Origin: Octopus vulgaris
Lineage: Eukaryota
Assembly (NCBI GenBank): GCA_951406725.2
Contig: OX597818.1
Span: forward strand, 4,340,001-4,404,000
Reading direction: 5' to 3'
DNA length: 64,000 nucleotides
Both the position numbers and the translations under genes were made by a program. Below the pieces are notes generated by a model. That model made no database searches. It was not told the origin of the DNA and worked only from the letters and a program-made list of their open reading frames with translations. This document shows positions 60,321 through 64,000 of the stretch, in pieces. Each line of letters starts with the position of its first letter. Within the stretch, counting starts at the first letter, position 1.

Positions 60321-60457
60321 GTGCTTGTGTTTGTAGTTTGATAGGCTAGTCTATTGGCCTCTTACTCTGGTGTTTCCACAGCATTACAGACAAGTCTAAA
60401 CTGGCAAAGAAACATGCCTCATCTACCTGACAGCAGAAGTAGCATAGAAAAAAGTTT

Positions 60458-62500
60458 GGATCTTTTCCTTTTGAACGGTAGTTTGTAACATAATTTCTAG
60501 GTAACTAAAAAATTTTAAACTTCGTATACTGGTAGAATGTGTTTATAAAACATCATTTTCTCTTGGCTTTATTGAGAAAATTCTATAGGTTGTAACATAT
60601 TTCGTCTAAAATTTCTTGCATTTCGGCAATTTTAACCAATCAATTACCTCCATTGACATAAATAACATTCTGTGCATAATGAATATGTCCCTCGTTTAAC
60701 CCTTTCGTTACTATATTTCTGACCAAAATACACCCCTCATGAGTTTCAATTAAATTCTAAAATAATCATGAATTTAGGCTTGTTTCATTAAATAACTGTA
60801 ACTTTTTTACTTATCAACATACAAATGTGATATTTTGAACATAATTAAAGAAAGGGTTCTTAACCAATTCTATTGCATAACTTTTGTCTCAAAGTGACTT
60901 TAATTACAGGTAAATCCAGGTAAATTGAGCAAAAGGTAAAAATATTAAAATTTTAAATTGAGCAAAAGGTAAAAAATTAAAATTTTGTTTAAACATCACT
61001 ATAGAAAATGAATCATCAGCTAATATTCAAATGGGTATGCAACAAAATTTTGAAAAAGAAGAATTGTGCACATCACTATATCATTAGTTGAATTTAATGC
61101 ACAACAGGTGTACCATAAAGGTGGAATAAACTGAAATATTGGAATCCACCGCAAGTTTGACCGAACTAAAGAAATCGGTCAAAAAATAATATACGGCCCT
61201 GGTTATGGTATGGAAGTGATAAATTCCAGACCACATCGTACCCTAAGCCATGCTGACTAACATTATTTTCCCTGTATAAAAACTAAATCCACGCAGTACC
61301 CAGTATTTGCTTCATAAATTTCCCAAACTTTGATCCCCCATTTTGGGTTTGTTTACAATCTGCGTAAGTTTGTTTCCGACGTGATCGCTTCAAACTAGCA
61401 TACTGAAAAAAATAAAAGTCTAATGGTTTCGCTTCCTAAGAAAGACTATAGATAAACTATCTCCTCAGAAAAATTGCTAATAAAAACATTTTAAAAGTTT
61501 TTTTACTTCACTCCGATGTAAAATCGTCTTCGCCGCTTTGTTTCTTCGGAAGGCGCTGCTTTCATTTTCGGATAAAATAATATTCATTATTTTGTACACC
61601 ACATGCTTTGGTACCTATTTCATTTTTTTTCTCCATATCTCCCTATTTTCCGTTGACAAAGCTTTAAATTCGGAATCAATGCTTGATAACATGAAACTCC
61701 TATCCATTTTCAAAGTTGAAGAAAAATCGATGCCGAAAAACATGTGGAAAAAAATCTCCCAAAATTCACTGAGTTGAGATATCACTTCAAGCAATGTCGG
61801 ATACTATAACTTAACTATTTACAATGTGAAATCACGTGCTTTAACGAATGTACCAACGAGATTTGGGTTCAAATTTACATTTAAATAACAATAGGTTCTC
61901 ATGGCCGGGTACGGCCGGGTTAGTAACGAAAGGGTTAAGAAACAGATTGGGTTTATTTACATTTGTGAAGAAAAAAGATACCCTTCCCCCACCCCTAACC
62001 CTAACTAACCCTAACTCTAATCCTAAATCTAAAATAGATTGAAATGCAATAGATCGATACTAGGGTTATAATTATGGGTGACAATTTCATACGACACCGC
62101 TATAAAAAACTTAGCTGTGTCGTATGAAATTGTCACCCATAATTATAACCCTAGTATCGATCTATTGCATTTCAATCTATTTTAGAGTTAGGGTGGGTTA
62201 GGGGTGGGGGAAGGGTATCTTTTTTTCTTCACAAATGTAAATAAACCCAATCTGTTTCTTAAAGGAGGGACATATTCATTATGCACAGAATTTTATTTAC
62301 GTCAATGGAGGTAATTGATTGGTTAAAATTGCTGAAATGCAAGAAATTTTAGACGAAATATGTTACAACCTATAGAATTTTCTCAGTAAAGCCAAGAGAA
62401 AATGATGTTTTATAAACACATTCTACCAGTATACGAAGTTTAAAATTTTTTAGTTACCTAGAAATTATGTTACAAACTGCCGTTCAAAAGGAAAAGATCC
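60458..62500. mobile_element. foldback MITE (~400-bp arms, 8-bp TSD, GG termini; Merlin-like by inference) interrupted by the piggyBac element
   Basis: TSD aaaagttt 60450-60457 / 62501-62508; arms rejoin once 60700-61938 is removed; apex near 62103-62111; ccctaa repeats. Confidence 0.85.
60700..61934. mobile_element. non-autonomous piggyBac element
   Basis: TTAA TSDs 60696-60699 / 61935-61938; perfect 14-bp TIR ccctttcgttacta. Confidence 0.93.
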
Positions 62501-62942
62501 AAAAGTTTATAGATAGTGTGAAAGGAATAATAATAACAATAATACATATAGGAGCCCAGGAAATGAGGCAGGAGGAAATGATTCACACATTTTATGTAAT
62601 TTCAAATTTTTCTGTTGTTGCAGTTTCATTCCATGAAACTTTTTTTTGTCTCTTAAACACACTGTGTAATCTCTGTTTTCATTTCATTAATTTCATTCCT
62701 TGTTATGGTTCACCTTAGGATTTAGACATGTTTCTCATTCAGAAATAATAGCTAAAAATATTGAAGAGGATCTTGTTGATGTGAAATTCTTCATTTCATT
62801 CTTATATCTAATTTTAGGTTTATCTAAATTTAGTAATCAATGTTTTACCATTTTTGGTATCTAGGATCATTGGATTTAATCGAACACTGATCCTTTAATC
62901 ACTTTCTTGATGAGTGTCTGGAACTTTTAAATTTATATTTAG

Positions 62943-63134
<192 letters not shown>

Positions 63135-63534
63135 TAACTCTTGCTGGATTATTATATTTATATGCTGGATGCATTAGCTTATGTTTGTTTTTGCCCAGTA
63201 TCTTTTCATGTATATGAATAACAATATTGTTGTTTGCACAAATTTAAGGATGCTGTAGTCTAAGAGGTCTTCAGTTTTAATTCTTAACGTCATAAACCAC
63301 TCCAATCTGCGGTAGACACTCATTCATGAACCACCTGAAAACGAGCCTTGTCATTAGGTACACAAACTGGTTGCACAGGATATGACCCATAACATTAAAG
63401 TTGCACCTACGCACAGAAAGCTTTGTAAAAGCTTGATTTCTGCTTTACCCTGGCCATACTTGTTTTGGTTGTGCTTTGAGATCATTTTTCAATATTTTTT
63501 ACAAATTTATTTTGGGCAAGTTTGTTGTGAAAAT

Positions 63535-64000
63535 GGTTGATGCTGCGTCTGATAGCAATTCTTCATTTAGCAATTTTGTTAGTCATGATTGAGGAGAATG
63601 TACAAGTGATGTATCTGTGTCGTCAGTGTATACAAGTGATCTTTTGGATTTCAGTGAGGCAGAAATTTCAGACTTGTCAAGTTCAGATGATTTGGATTAT
63701 GATGATTTGGAGTAGACTGGCATTATCAGAGGCACCATAATGGGTACGTTTAATGAAGCTAGTGGGTCTACAAGACCTCTGTCAGTGACAGCAGAACCAA
63801 TTGATTACTTTATTCAATTGTTTCCAATTACAATGTCTGAGGGATCAGTTGAGCTGACAAGCTTGAATGCTAGTTAGAAGAACAATGAAAACTTTACAAT
63901 CAGTGTGGCTGAAATGAAAGCGAATGTGGGAATTTTATTTCTTGTGGGGATTGTGCGACTACCTAGTTATAGGCAGTAGTGGGGTAAAGATGAAGTCTTC
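63535..64000 (+). pseudogene. piggyBac transposase N-terminal remnant
   Basis: Acidic Ser/Asp tract, then EPIDYFIQLFP..ELT..EMKANVGILFLVGIVRLPSYRQ*W with stops. Confidence 0.75.

Noticed and set aside
61992-62027. Interstitial telomere
   Set aside because: A few degenerate CCCTAA units internal to a TSD-bounded foldback element.

Overview
Repeat-saturated, AT-rich animal genomic DNA, most likely an octopod cephalopod (inferred from the SINE/RTE families and the huge (TA)n/(TACA)n tracts), with a 100-N scaffold gap at 42412-42511. Almost all Y/I/H/T/C/V-rich ORFs in the track are microsatellite artefacts. Host coding sequence is sparse: three clean exons of RUVBL2 (Reptin) on + (53149-53255, 53403-53496, 62943-63066) and one candidate 57-bp exon on - (23453-23509). 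The rest is transposon-derived: Penelope-like elements (PLEs) of three types (a Hydra-like CxC/C-terminal GIY-YIG element with 1.7-kb inverted pseudo-LTRs, a Neptune-like element, a Poseidon-like RT fragment), RTE LINEs with an internal PHD finger, CR1, tRNA-SINEs, mariner relics, piggyBac MITEs, a foldback MITE with telomere-like repeats, and two satellites. The most striking signal is about 13 hammerhead-ribozyme (HHR) motifs, many inside small non-coding palindromic 'hairpin + tail' elements inserted in (TA)n. In three of these the inversion junction lies 0-7 nt from the predicted self-cleavage site, and two HHRs carry a compensatory U3-A8 core instead of C3-G8. All structures were read by eye; no folding or database search was run.
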